Assembly (NCBI GenBank): GCA_964016885.1 | Contig: OZ024746.1 | Span: 86,428,001-86,492,000, forward strand | Source of the DNA: Eledone cirrhosa | Taxonomy: Eukaryota | Direction of reading: 5' to 3' | DNA: 64,000 bases | Part shown: one piece after another, positions 13,601 to 26,771 of the stretch | How the letters are laid out: each line of letters opens with the position of its first letter | Numbering within the stretch: position 1 is the first letter of the stretch | The notes under the pieces: generated by a model | The model's database searches: none | Told to the model about the DNA's origin: nothing | What the model saw: the letters and a program-made list of their open reading frames with translations, nothing else | Translations under genes and position numbers: made by a program

Positions 13601-14983
13601 CCTTTAGTATTTATATTACTCTATTATATTTTCATGGTAAAGGTTTTATCTCACATAATATTGAATCTACGAGATTTTTATATTTATTTTGAGAAGAATA
13701 CCTTAACATCAGTATGAGTGGCTGGTAACTGCCAGTTTAAACAGAAAGAGGTGAGAGAATTCTGGCTGGATACGTCTGGTTTAAATGCTAAAGGGTTAAG
13801 GATACATGCATGTAGCTTGGATACTCATCCACTTTACACATTAATTTACTGTGTAGATATTTCTGTAGACAACAGCTTGTAGCAACAAAGGTCTGTTTTC
13901 CTTATCATTGGTTGTCTAGGTTATTTGATAAAGCCTCTTCATTGATAAGTTATATGTCTTATCTCTAAATTCGTTTCACTCACCATTTCACTAAATCTCA
14001 TTTTTGAACCCATTTATATTCAGTGCACACATTCTAATGTGTATGGTTACCTGTATATTTATATACATACATGTATACATACGTACACTATGGATGTATA
14101 AATGTGTGTTGGCCTCTTTATGCATATTCACACACTCATACACAATAACACTAGATAACCTGTAGCTTTAAATATAATGCTCCAGCATGGACCAAAGCAA
14201 ACATGACTACAGCAAATTAAAGACTGTTACATATATATATATATATGATTGTTGTGTTCCTTCGTCGACTGGCAGAGATGACGACGAAGGAACGCAACTA
14301 ATTGAGAGATGCCTTGCTGAGAAGGACCAGCCCAACCCATGCATGTATGGAAAAGTGGACATAAAAATGATGATGACTAACACAAATAAATATATATCAT
14401 CATTATCATTTAAGATCTTTTTTCTCTGCTAATATGTTAGATAATGGGCATAAAATTATGATATATTGTTTGTGGGTTTGTTTTGTTGCAATTTTTATAC
14501 TATTTGGTCAGATAGAGAAGAGTGTTGCAGTCTGACTGAAAATAGTAGTCTTGTTGTTAATTTAAGAATTAACCCTTTTGCATCCATATTACTTTATATT
14601 TACTATTGTATTTTCACAGTAAAGGCTTTAATCTCACATAATATTGAATCTACGAGATTTTGATATTATTTATTTTGAGAACAATGTTGTAACATCAGTA
14701 TGAGGGGCTGGTTACAGCCAGTTTGAACAGAAAGAGGTGGGAGAATTCTGACCGATTTAAATGCTAAAGGGTTAATTCTGTTTCAATAACTAAATTCTTA
14801 ACATCCTGTAATGGTGGTAAGAAACTGTCAGGAGAGCTGGGCAGCAGGTCTTCAGAGAAGAAATCCACCACAAGCAAGTGTTTCAGCCCTTCACAGCAGA
14901 AATAATGTAAACGGTTGGTTAATTCAAATGCTTACAGTATCTTTATTATTGGATAGATTGTGAAAATTTTTAATGAACTAATG

Positions 14984-15178
14984 CAGACCTGCCAACTCCT
15001 AAAAACTCAAATAGGAGTACCATGAAAAAAAATCACCTCAAAACAGGGAGAAATGAGGCAAAATGGGGAGATTTTACATAATGAAAGCTATATCCATCTT
15101 CACAAGAGAAGACATCTCTCACCCACCCCAAAGTGGGTGAGAGATCTCCCCCTCCAACAGGGAGAGTTGACAGGTCTG
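14984..15178. mobile_element. hAT-like MITE with 6-bp TSD
   Basis: TIR CAGACCTGCCAACTC / GAGTTGACAGGTCTG, ctaatg on both sides, and internal gggaga repeats. Confidence 0.8.
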
Positions 15179-15336
15179 CTAATGTAAAGGTTTTAATTTT
15201 TAATGTGATGTATTCATAGTGCTGTTTTGTACTTTTCAAGAATCTTCTGTTAATGTGGTTTCATGTGGAGGCAGGCAATTAAGAGTTAATGAATCAGAAC
15301 ACAGACTGAAGAAAAAATTAAATCCATTAATCTAGT

Positions 15337-15605
15337 ATGGAGGCACGTAGCCTAGTGGTAAGGGCGTTGGAATTATGATCATAATGTTGTGGTTCTATTC
15401 CTGGACTGGGTTGCATGTTGTGTTCTTGAGCAAAACGCTTCATTTCATATTGCTCCAGTATATTCAGCTGAAAATGAGTTCAAGCAATAGCTGGGGCTTT
15501 AACCCTGCGATTGGCTAGTGGGGAGTGTTGTACTCAGTCACTTCATGCCATGAAACTGGGATAAGCACTGCCCTAAGGAGCCTTCTAGCTTAAGACAGAC
15601 TTTAG
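15337..15605 (+). mobile_element. tRNA-CORE SINE with a different 3' body (family C)
   Basis: Head and CORE related to family B, then aaccctgcgat...catgaaactgggataagc...agacttta. Second copy at 34484-34762. Confidence 0.8.
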
Positions 15606-15885
15606 ATGAATCTGGTACCGTTGGTCCAATCTATCGCCATTGACCTAGCTGTATGTCAATAGTCTACTGCTGTTTTGTTTCAGTCCAAAGAACTAACTAC
15701 TCTTACTATTGCCTAAATTTGTGGATGTTATGTTGAGGGTTCGATTGATTTTTCTCTTTATTCAATGCCCCAAAATTGTATATAAACGGGTTCTGTTAAT
15801 TCATATGTTTATAGTATCTAAACTAATGGACAGATCATTGCCAAAATTTGCAGTATTAGAGTAAATATTTCATTTTTTAAATGTA

Positions 15886-16092
15886 ATGCAGTTATAGATT
15901 TGTTCTGTGCTTTTACATTAATGTCTTGCTAATGTAATTTCGTGTGGTAGGACATTGAGTTAATATATATATATATATAGATGTCTTTATATAAATGCAT
16001 ATATTGGGTTTGAGTTAACTCAATGTCATACCACACGAAATTACATTAGCAAGACATTAATGTAAAAGCACAGAACAAATCTATAACTGCAT
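15886..16092. repeat. Near-perfect 78-bp inverted duplication with 51-bp TA-containing spacer
   Basis: 15886-15963 is the reverse complement of 16015-16092, with one mismatch seen. Confidence 0.95.
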
Positions 16093-16149
16093 ATATATTC
16101 ATCCAGACACATAAAAACAGACATATATACATACAGTATATGTACGAGT

Positions 16150-16560
16150 ATGTATATATGCATGTATGCTAGCATGCATATATACTTGCTTGGATACATA
16201 TATATGTAGGGGTTTGCATATATGTATTTGTGAGTATATCTGCATGTATGTATGTTTTTGTTAGCATGCGCATATGTGTGTGTCTGTTAGCATGCGCATA
16301 TGTGTGTGTCTGTTTGCATGCATGCATATGTGTGTGTCCGTTTGCATGCATGCATATGTGTGTGTCCGTTTGCATGTGTGCCTATGTGTGTGTCCGTTTG
16401 CATGTGTGCATATATGTGAATGTTTGCTTTTATACCTACGTGTGTTTGTATTTAAGCATGTGTGTGTGTATGTCTGTCTCTTTGCATGTCTGCATATATG
16501 TGTGTCTGTTTGAATATATATGTGTGCACACATACATGTGCATATATATGGATGCATGTT
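16150..16560. repeat. (GT/AT/GCAT)-rich low-complexity minisatellite
   Basis: Degenerate ~26-28-bp units such as tttgcatgcatgcatatgtgtgtgtccg. These are the source of the spurious C/V/M/H-rich ORFs. Confidence 0.85.
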
Positions 16561-18094
16561 TAATTTGATGTTATCCGGTCCTCAATGATGCTTAGTTTGT
16601 GTTGTAATCAATTGCTATTCCAGATATGTAGCTTGCTGTTCAGTCCCAGATCAGCCTCGCTTCAATATAGGTGGTCACTGCACGCAACACCACATTATCT
16701 AGTGCATCTGCCTTTTCTACGACTGTAGGGTCTGATTTAAGAAAAGAGTTGGCTGCTATATCTAGACGTCTGATCGATTATATAGACTATCTATCTACCA
16801 GTTGACCCGTTCATCCTGTTGAGATGTTGTTGTTACTGGGTTTTTGCATACATATTCCTCTTTCGGTTCTCTGTTTTGCTCGTTGGCTAACACTACAAGC
16901 TGACCACTGAATATTCTCATTTATTTATGCTCTTCCTCCTCGTCATCTGCTCTGTATCTCCACATCGTTCTTATTTAATTTATGCATTTTTTTCTCTTTT
17001 TGTGATTTTGTCTTTGGGAACCATCCTATTACTTGCAAGCATTACATCTACACAACGAAACGAAAAATCAAATTTTTATAATCCACTCTTCCTTGTTATT
17101 ATACCTTTGCCCCCCCCCCCCTCTCTTCGTATGTGTTTTGTTTAAAGGGAGGTTTAAGATTAACACTGTATACCAACGAAGTGTCACTGTTTTACCGTTT
17201 TATAGTTATGTATTTACTCAACCTCTACCCTCATTCTACAAAGTCACCATTGGTTTCATTTGCTCACCTTTCTAAGAGTTCAGAATCACGAGGATGCTTG
17301 GGCTTATATAATATATATATATAGTAGGATTGTTTTTGTAATGGTTTTTATTTGTATTATGTTATGCGTGATTATGGCTAGCAAAGCAGTGTCGGTATTT
17401 TTGTCTATTGACATTTACTGTGGCGGTCGATCGATCTATAAATTATTTAGCTTGTCTAGTTGGCTGCTTCGCCCCTCGTCTCTTCCCCACCTTCCTTTCT
17501 TTCTCTCTGTCTCTCATCGTTCCACCAGTTATGCCTGTAGCTTCAGTCTATTTTGTATAGCGCTTCAGCTGGTTGAATTTGCGCAATGAGTGAATGAATG
17601 AAAAGATTTATGTAATAAAATATCACCGTTAAAAAACCTCTCTGCTTATCCTCCTTCTATCTCACCACCCACTTTCTTACAATACCCTATTCACACATGT
17701 GTATGCGTGTGAACGTAAAAAAACTAGTTTACTAAGACTTATTTTTCTTATACATAAAGACACAAACATGTTTAGTTTACGTAAACATACACGAGTATGT
17801 GGGCATTTGTTTGTGTCTTATTATATTAGACAATTTTCAGTTTGATAAATCGATTAACAACAAAAAAACGATAGTTAGCTCTATTAGAAAAATATTGATG
17901 TTCCAACCAGCTATTTTTAAGTTAACAATGCTACACATAAAACAAACAAAAACACCAGACTTGTTAGTTAATATATATTAAAACTAAATAAATAAAGGAA
18001 TTATTTATTGACGTTTTCAGCCTATTTTAGTGCATGGTCATAATCATTGACTAATTTCTATGCACTTGCACGCCTACATATATGTGAATATAAA

Positions 18095-18365
18095 TGTGTT
18101 GTTTCCTTGAGCAAGACACTTTATTTCACATTGCTCCAGTTTACTCAGCTATAGAAATGAGATGATAGGACTGGGGTCCCTATCATTCCACTGCAAAGTG
18201 GTCGTGGAGGTGCCACGGCAAAAAAAAAAAAAACACCCATCACTCCCTGTAAATGAGGTTGGTGTTAGGAAAGGCATCCAGCTGTAGAAATCAAGCCAGA
18301 ATCAGTTCCTGTCCCACCCTTGCAAGCAGGGCAAAGCGGACGTAAAATGATGATGATGATGATGA
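18095..18365 (+). mobile_element. 5'-truncated CORE SINE family B
   Basis: Starts within the CORE segment, then the same tail and (GAT)n. Confidence 0.85.
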
Positions 18366-18697
18366 CCCAGGCGTTGATCTGCAAGCCTTGATAGATCAGT
18401 TCTATAATCGAAAGTGATCATCCGTCTTTGTTTATCTTTTTTTCAAAATGGTAGTGTGACCTGATAGATTTGACTGCTAAGGTCAAACGGTTGTGTAACT
18501 CTTCCTGTTGGCTCGTTATATATATATATATATATATATATAGAATAGAATAGAATTAGGATTTAGCTTCAGGCATAGCTGTATACAGATATATATCGGA
18601 ATTTCGTATTTCTAAAGAAACACGGTATGTTTATAGATAAACATTTAGAAAGCCGTAGCTATGCAAAAAGCACTGGAGGGGCTATCGCCCTCTGGTG

Positions 18698-18730
<33 letters not shown>

Positions 18731-19299
18731 TATATAGAGAGAGAGAGATTGATGGTCGTGTTGGTAGATATATGTGTGTGTGCTTATATAGTGTAAACCA
18801 ACTATTTTGATCCAGTTTTAGGATGAAACCTTTGCGGTAAGAGAAACCGATTGATAACACATGATTATAATAAGTGGCTTTGTTTATATATATATTATTC
18901 ATATGAGTATTTAGTGCAGAGAGTTGAGTAGTTGCTTGTCTACATCCCTTTGATACTGGTGTGCATTGGCAGTATCGGTAAAGTGTCGGACACCATCCTT
19001 TGCAGCAGAGTTATGGCCCTTTGCGTTCCAAGTTGAAATCCTGCTGGGGTTAGCTTTGCCTTTCATCCTTACTGGGTTGATAAAATAAAGCACCAGTAAT
19101 GCACTGGGGTAATTACAGGCCTTGTGCCTAAAGTAGAAACAATTACATATGCACACATACACATACACTTATTTATATGTATGTGTGCGTGTATGTATAC
19201 ATCTCGGTTAGATACCTCTATCTCTTGGTTCTTTCTATCATGAAATAGTTTCAATTCTCACTAGTGGAGGGGGGATTATGTTTGTTAATAAATAATACA

Positions 19300-20145
19300 T
19301 GAATGTCTTCTTCTTTGCTCTTGCTTCATGGGATTGGGTTTATTCTAGGTCATTGATCTGAGGTGTCATCGTGTGTAGAGCTGTCCAGGTCCACCAGTGC
19401 CCTCCATCACTGGCAGTCCTGTGCTAGTCTCTCTGCATCCTACAAGGTGACATTGAACTTCTGGAGATCTTCCTTAAACACATCCAGCCATCTGGTGTGG
19501 GGCCTCTTCCAGCCTGTAGCTAGCTGTTGCATCGAACAAGAGTAAGTCTATGGTAGAATGATCTGGTGGGAGGGAGAGGACATATCCATACCTACATATG
19601 AGGCTATAGGCTGATGCAAGTGCACAAGCAACTCTGTTGCAAACGTGGTAGTACCACATGATGTTCCTCAGGGCTCTGGTATCAAAGCCATTGATCCTCT
19701 TTGCCAGAGCCTTTGTGAGCGGCTACGTTTCTGCTCGATAGAAGATATCGATCAGAAAGGACTGATGTGTTGTAGATATGGGGCTTCGTCTTCCGGGAGA
19801 TAGAGCAGTGGAGCCAAAGAGGCTTACATAGGGAGTGCATGACCCCAGCAGCCAGACCACCTCTGTAGCTGATCTGCTGGGTTGGGTCTCCATTGTTAGA
19901 CTGTCAAGCCCAGGTAATTGAAGCAGCTGACAAACTTCATGATAATCAAGACCAATATGAAGTGGAGGGAGGATATGTGCCATTGCCAACATGCATCAGC
20001 TTGGTCTTCACCGGCCTCACCTGAGGGCCAAGCTTTGCTGATTTTTCCCGATATATGGTCGATGAGTCCCTGAACTGATGGATCAGGTTACTGAACAGGG
20101 TGGTGTCGAATGCGTACTCCAGGTCAGTAAGGTGATAATTCCCAA
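19300..20145 (-). mobile_element. Decayed RTE-like LINE 3' fragment
   Basis: Frameshifted RT/C-terminal remnants on the minus strand: LTDLEYAFDTTLFS (degenerate YADD), KTKLMHVG, WYYHV. Confidence 0.7.
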
Positions 20146-20609
20146 TATATATGTATATATATATATATATATATGAGCAAGACAAGGTCACCCAACCTGG
20201 CACTGCCCACAATAGGACAACCCGTCTAACCCATGCTAGTGTTGAAGAATGGATGTAAAACAGTGATGATGATGGTGGTGGTGATATAAATATATATATT
20301 GTTATGGAAATAAATCGAGTTGTGAGAAAATGGTGAACAAGTACATATATTGTTTATCTGTCTGTTTTTCTAACTACCCTATCAGATTTCAGTTGCATTA
20401 CTCTGTTTCACTCAATTACACTGGTTTCACTCAATTACACTGACCATACTGGGGCTTTGCTTTGGTTTAGTCGATCATATCAATTCCCAGTACTTATCTT
20501 TTTCATGTCTGGTACATATTTTATCAAAATTTTTGATCAACCGCTAAGTTACAGAACATAAACAAGCAATAAATGTAAACACATACATATAATATATATA
20601 CATATTATA

Positions 20610-20997
20610 TCATCATCATTCATCATTTCATTTTAGGTCCGCTTTTCCCTTTCGTGGGATGGGAACTGATTCTAGCGTGATTTCTACAGCTGGATGCCCT
20701 TCCTAACACCAACCTCATTTACAGTGAGTGCTGGGTGCTTTTTTTCCATGGCGCCTACACGTCCACTTTACAGTGTGGACTGGGTGCTATTTTGCCGTGG
20801 CACCTCCACGACCACTTTACAGTGGAATGATAGGGACCCCAGTCCCTATCATCTCATTTCTACAGCTGAGTAAACTGGAGCAATGTGAAATAAAGTGTCT
20901 TGCTCAAGGGAACAACGCATCACCCGGTCTGAGAATTGAACTCACAACCTTTCGATTGCAAGGCCAATGCTCTAACCACTAAGCCATGTGCCTCCAT
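20610..20997 (-). mobile_element. tRNA-CORE SINE family B
   Basis: Reverse-complement copy of the same element, with two tail modules. Confidence 0.9.
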
Positions 20998-22304
20998 ACA
21001 TGTATATATATATATCCCTCACAAATTTTTTTTTTGTTTTGTTTTGCAAAATTTCACTCGCACAACATTGGTGAAATGGAGGTTAAAGTAGAAAAATTTG
21101 CCTACGGTGTCACACTGACTGAATCCGAAGCCATGTGGTTGCAAAACAAAGTCGTTAACGACTCAGCCATGGTTGTGCTTATTGCTTGTTAAAAAAAATT
21201 TGCTGGCTATATATATGTCTTGAAAAAAAATTAAGCAACTGACTTAAATCTGGGTGGTAGTTCTGTACATTTGTTCTCATTTTAATAATTACTATTGAAA
21301 CTAGAGTAATTACAACTCTTACTAGTATTCTTACACTAGTGTTGTTAATCAGTGCCTGTTTTTCAAGTGCGTGTGCACCCCACCTACACTCATACACATA
21401 TATATATGCATCCAGTCAGTAACCCAATTCCATATTTTTTTTAGCTCAGTGTGTCACTTTTATTGCATTTCTTTGTCTGATTTTAAACGAGCCTTACATT
21501 ATGTTGCAATTATAGGGCGGTGGATTGGCAGTATCGATAGAGGGTCGGACGCCATGCTTTGCAGCAAAGAGTTACGGCCTTTTATGGTCTGAGTTCAAAT
21601 CCCGCCGAGGTTAACTTAGCTTTCATCCTTACGGGGGTCGATAACATAAAGTACCAGTAATGTACTGGGATAATTACTGGCCTTGTGCCTAAAGTAGAAA
21701 CAATTATGTTGCAATAATTTATCCCTGCAGCCTTGTTTTGCTAGCAAGAAATATTTGCATATTACTATTCAAAACTTATATCGAAATAGTTGTTTTGAAT
21801 AGCAGTGAGTTTGAGCTAATAATGATTTCTACTATAGGCACAGGGCCAGCAATTTTCGAGGAGGGTATAAAGTTAATTAAATTGACCCCAGTGCATTACT
21901 GGTGCTTTATTTTATCGACCCCGTAAGGATGAAAGGCAAAGCTAACCTCGGCGGGATTTGGACTCGGATCATAAAGGGACGTAACTCTATGCTGCAAAGC
22001 ATGGTGTTCGACCCTCTACTGATAATGCCAATCCACCGCCATAGTTTGAGCTAATAACAGAAACACTAACAAGAGAGATACATGTTGGACAATGTCTTAA
22101 AATTTCCATTAAAAGTTTAAAGCTGTTTAGCTTTGCAAGGGACATGATAACCTTTGAGCTGGTGCCACTATAAATTGCACTCAATACATGCTGTAAAGTG
22201 ATTGTTAGTTGTGTAGGTTAGAGAAGTGGTTCCCAAGTGTGCAAGCACTGACTTTCCTCTTCTGAATAAACCATTAAGAAAGAAAATGTTTTTGCTTTGG
22301 GGAC

Positions 22305-22531
22305 TTAATCCTTTCATGACCACATTTCTAATGAAATGCTCTCTAATTTAATTAATTAATGAAGGGATTTACCAAAATTATTTATTTCATTACTAAGATA
22401 ATAACGTAATGTAAGGTTCTTATATAAAATTATGTTGGAAGATTTGAATTTAAATTGGAAACCTTTAAAATGGGTAGTTTTATTTCATAGAACCAGACCT
22501 TTTTTGGCTGGGTTGGTATCTAAAAGGTTAA
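22305..22531 (+). mobile_element. Second TTAA-flanked MITE family (piggyBac-type)
   Basis: ttaatccttt...aaaaggttaa ends and a different interior (catttctaatgaaat...ggttcttatataaaattatgttggaag). Related copies near 25690-25958, 28420-28820, 37240-37453, 40119-40370 and 63659. Confidence 0.65.
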
Positions 22532-22936
22532 TAAAATAAGTACCAGTAATATACTGAACTCAAGAATTAATAGTTTTATGATACATAGTGGATAACTGCT
22601 TAACTTTTTTCAGGTAAACAACTTGTCCTAGCATTTCTTTTATTAACTCTTTTGAAAATTCCTTTTGTAGGAAATATATATATATCTGGTTGGCTTTCAA
22701 CGGAAGTATAAACTGCAGCTCTTGCTGTTGATAATGAAGAGGAAAGTTATGATGTTGATTTATTTTTTTTATTTTTTTTATTTGAGGTATTACATACAAC
22801 CTCACAGAATATGGTGTAGATTTGAAAGACCTGATCTTCAGAAAAAGTTTTGTAGATGCAAATGCTTGTGAGCCAGGTGTAGTGCTTACATACAAATTAA
22901 GGGTAATATGTGATCCTGGCTTAGATTTTATCATGA

Positions 22937-23206
22937 CTAGATGAGGGAGATGTCTTCTCCCTCTTTCTGTCACACACAGACACTCTCTCTAAACAAATGA
23001 CATTCCTTTTCTCTCTCTCTCTCTCTCTGTATACATGAGGGCGACGTCATAACTTTCCGTCTATCTACCTCTTTCTGACACCTCAAAAACACAGCGTTCC
23101 CTTTTCTCTCTCTATCAATGTACATATCTCTCGCTTGCCACTCCTCCTCTCTATATAAAGTGAGTGTGACGGACAGACAGACAGACAGCGCTCTTATAAT
23201 ATAGAT
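22937..23206 (-). mobile_element. Helitron-like non-autonomous element
   Basis: Minus strand begins A|TCTATATTATAAGAG...(GTCT)n and a CTAG|T lies about 270 bp downstream. A similar 5' end occurs at 56195-56250 inside the hAT element. No clear 3' hairpin. Confidence 0.45.
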
Positions 23207-23267
23207 TAATGTGGATTTAGAATAAATTATATCAAATGCCATAATTTTGATGATCGTTCTTCATGTT

Positions 23268-23665
23268 TAATAATAATAATAATAATGCAATTATTGTGTA
23301 AAGTGCTCAGGTGCACTACAACTCGTCAAAGGTGCATGTATAGTACATAGAATAATATACAAATGTCAAGGAAGTCAATAGTGTATGAGTCATGATATAC
23401 ATATGTGTATGGAGGGGAACATTAGGTGTAGTGTTGGCGAATCTCGGGAAGCATGGAGGTTTTAAAGGATGCAGTGTCTCGACAGCTAACAACTGATGCA
23501 GGTAGTTTGTTCCATGCTTCAGCAACTCTGAGCGTAAAAAAATGTTTCCGAAAGTCATGGTAACTGTGCTGTTTTCTGACTTTGTGGGCATGTCCACGTG
23601 TGTTAGACACATGGAAATCAAAAAGGTACTCAAGGTTGTTGTTGGCAAGATGGTTAACAAGTTTG
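23268..23665 (-). mobile_element. CR1-clade LINE 3' end
   Basis: TRGHAHKVRKQ...RKHFFTLRVAEAWNKLPASVVSC...SFK is the typical CR1 ORF2 C-terminus, with an (ATT)n tail at about 23268-23286. Confidence 0.85.
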
Positions 23666-24129
23666 TGTCTGTTTGTTGTTGTTTAGCTCCATGTCAATTC
23701 TGAGTAGACTTTATTAAATACATTTCAGACATATCTACCCCATCTGTTTAGGGGTGTCTGCAATTATATCTAATGTATCCCTTCACTGTTTGAAAAGTTT
23801 ATTGGGTTACTATTTTTAGAAGTTTGAGATAAACACACATCTGGTACAATACCAACCACTTTACACTGTGTACTAGATGCTGTTACCATACAGATCACCA
23901 GCACTAGGGAGGTTGTCATGTCCTTGACACAACTGAACAGTCCTCCCAATCCTTTGTTTGGCAAGCTTTCTATGGCTAGATACCGTTCCTATCACCAACT
24001 ACATTACAGCATGTACTGGGTGGGTGTTGTTACCATGTAGATCACCAATACTAGGGAGGTTATGTCTTTAACATTACTGAAGGGTCTTCCCGACACTTTG
24101 TTTGACAAGTTATATATACACAGTACCCC

Positions 24130-24412
24130 TTTCTCTGTAAAGTTATGTTGGTACCACAACATCCAGTCCTAAATAAATGAGGTCGTGTAGGTGTCACGAC
24201 AAAAAAAACCCCACACAGTCCACGCTGTAATGTGGCCATGTAGGTAACACGATAAAAACCTCCCAGTCCACACTGTAAACGTGGTTGGTGTTAGGAAGGG
24301 CATCCAGCCGTAGAAAACCTGCAAGACAACCAATCTTGCTTCAAGTGGGACAATTCCCGTCTAAACCGATGCTAGCGTGGAAGATAGATGTTAAACGATG
24401 ATGATGATGATG
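24130..24412 (+). mobile_element. Stand-alone RTE 3'-UTR fragment (RTE-B type; representative of many)
   Basis: Aligns by eye with 46095-46400. Similar tails with ggttggtgttaggaagggcatccag...(GAT)n occur near 24594(-), 28488(-), 30110, 36990, 39950, 46935(-), 53410 and 60920. Confidence 0.8.
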
Positions 24413-26528
24413 TCCCCAACAAATGTATACACACATCAACAGCATTCTGATAAATATTGCCTGTACAGAAATCAAAATGTGTATACATTTTGGGGGGAGC
24501 ACCCTGTGTATATATATACATATATATATATATATTGTGTATGTTTTACTAGTATATATTCATAAAGGCATATATGAACCCTATATACAATATCATCATC
24601 ATCATCATCATCGTTTAATGTCTATCTTTCACGCTAGCATGGAGTTAGACAGGTTTGTCCCATTAGAGACAAGTTGGGTTGGGTGACCGTGTCTCACTCA
24701 TATAGGACTTATTTTGGTTGGTTTTCTACGAGTGGATGCCCTTCTTAACGCCAACCACACTTACAGTGTGTGCCGGGTGCTTTTTGTCGTGTCTCCTACA
24801 CTACCACTCTAGTGTGAGCTGGATGTTTTGTGGTACCGACATAATATATATCCTGATAATATGACAATATGCTTATATATATTAAACATACATTAAGTTT
24901 CACTTCTATATTACTGTAATTACAGTTGTTCAGGGCTTGCTTACCTACACCCAGTTACTGAGGTAATGCGAGCAATAACTTATAGATTTTATAAACAAGT
25001 TCTTGTAGGACATAGTTTATTTGAATATTGTGCATTATGTAAATAAACACAATATGTAAACAAACCAGTATGACTGATCATAACTTTATTAGTTATTATT
25101 AAGTGGAACATTTTTATAAGTTTAGTTGGTCTCATACAATGATGTAATTCGTGTAACATACACCAGTTATTACATACATGCTTACATCAGCTATATGATG
25201 ATTATATATACCAGCATGGAAAATGTGCATAAAATGATGATGATATATACTCAAGTATTTATTATTTTTACAAGATAAATATAGCTGAGTGAGTTTACAT
25301 GCACTGGAGAGTTAATTAACATTTTCTGATAGAGGTTTCACTGATGCGCCACATTGCAAGCTTGCAGATCAAAAGGAAAGGGATATAGAAATAGAAATAT
25401 ACCTGCTTCAGTTATTAAATACATGCAAACACAGTATGGTCTGGGATTATATAATCTGTTTCCTTGGCATCACTATGCAGAGTTTCAGTAGCTAAATAAA
25501 CCAAAGTTCTTGATTTCCTTAGTTCACCGCCATTCAAAACAACTAATTTGCTGCTGAATTTTCTCTTATTTTTTTTTCATATTTTTCATATTTAATTTCT
25601 TCCTGTTTGTTCCCACTCTCTTTGCTTTGCATTACACACTGTTAAAATATATCTTGTGTGTTAAAATGGAACATTGTGAAGTAGATAAACTTTTAGCAGG
25701 TTAAGCCGACATACCAAGTATCAGTTCTTTGTTTCAATTTGTCTTACACTAATCGAGTTAGTGTTTATATTTATCTAAAAACCTTCCATCATAATTTTAA
25801 TCTAAGAGCTTTTGTTATGTTCCAAACACCAGCTTAATAATCAGAAAGTTAATTATTTTACTAAATATATCTAAATTCTTGGTAATTTTCAAAATGATTT
25901 GAATGAAAATCATAGGCAGTTTTTTTACATTATATAAATATGGTACTGAAAAGGTTAACTTAATAATTGTTTCTACTTTTGGCACAAGGCCAGCAGTTAT
26001 GTGAGATGTCTCCAGCTCATTTAAGAGGACAGTGGCTCCAGTTTAATACTGACTTAGTCTGTGTTTACCTGCCATGCCAGCAAGAGAAAAAGGATGTTAA
26101 ATGCTAGTGATTTTTTTTTTTATCATTATCATCTGTTTTCCCTACTATTAAGGGCTGATTGCATTGTCACTAATCAAATCATTACACAAGCTAATCTCGG
26201 CTGGGTTCTGAGTTTAAATCTTGCCGATTTTAGCTTTACCTTTTACCCTTATATAGATAAAGCACCGTAATGCACTGGGGTGGATTTAATTAAATCCCCC
26301 CCCCCCTCTCTTCAAATTGCTGGCCTTGTGCCTAAAGTTACCTATTTGGAGCCACTATTTCTCAGAAGGGCAGGGGTGGGGGGACACATTTTTTTTTAAT
26401 ATATGTTCCTGCACACTTCTGAGTGCACTGTCCATTTTATTGTGGTACCAACACTTAGGAGGTCGTCATGTCTTTGACACAACTGAAGAGTTCTCTAAAC
26501 CCTTTGTTTATATATTTTCTATTTTCAG

Positions 26529-26771
26529 AATTGGTGGTACAGTAGGTGCAATCATTACATGTCCTCTTGAAGTTCTGAAAACACGACTACAATCATCAGT
26601 TGCCACATTTCACCATTCCTCGGTGTATGTTCCGTCTCCGGTCTCTACGCACTCCCTTGCACCCCAAACTTTCGTTGGATTACGCTCACCTGGTTACAAT
26701 GCATTGGAACTGTCTCAGAATCTACTAACAAACCGACCAAGAGTTTCATTTGGAATCTATGTATGCCTGCG
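26529..26771 (+). CDS. SLC25A36: Coding exon 2 of SLC25A33/36-like carrier ([23 protein letters not shown]...GIYVCLR)
   Basis: Acceptor ttttctattttcag, donor CG|gtaagt, 243 nt, phase 2/2. Contains the mitochondrial carrier signature Px[DE]xx[KR]x[RK] as PLEVLKTR. Confidence 0.95.

Noticed and set aside
16169-16568. Cys/His/Val-rich ORFs (also 2501-2918, 8494-8828, 60681-61063)
   Set aside because: They are translations of microsatellite and low-complexity DNA.
20728-20982. Recurrent ORF family ...FLQLSKLEQCEIKCLAQGNN... (also 31146, 33764, 61194)
   Set aside because: Antisense reading of SINE B copies. The similarity is explained by the repeat, with inconsistent starts and frames.
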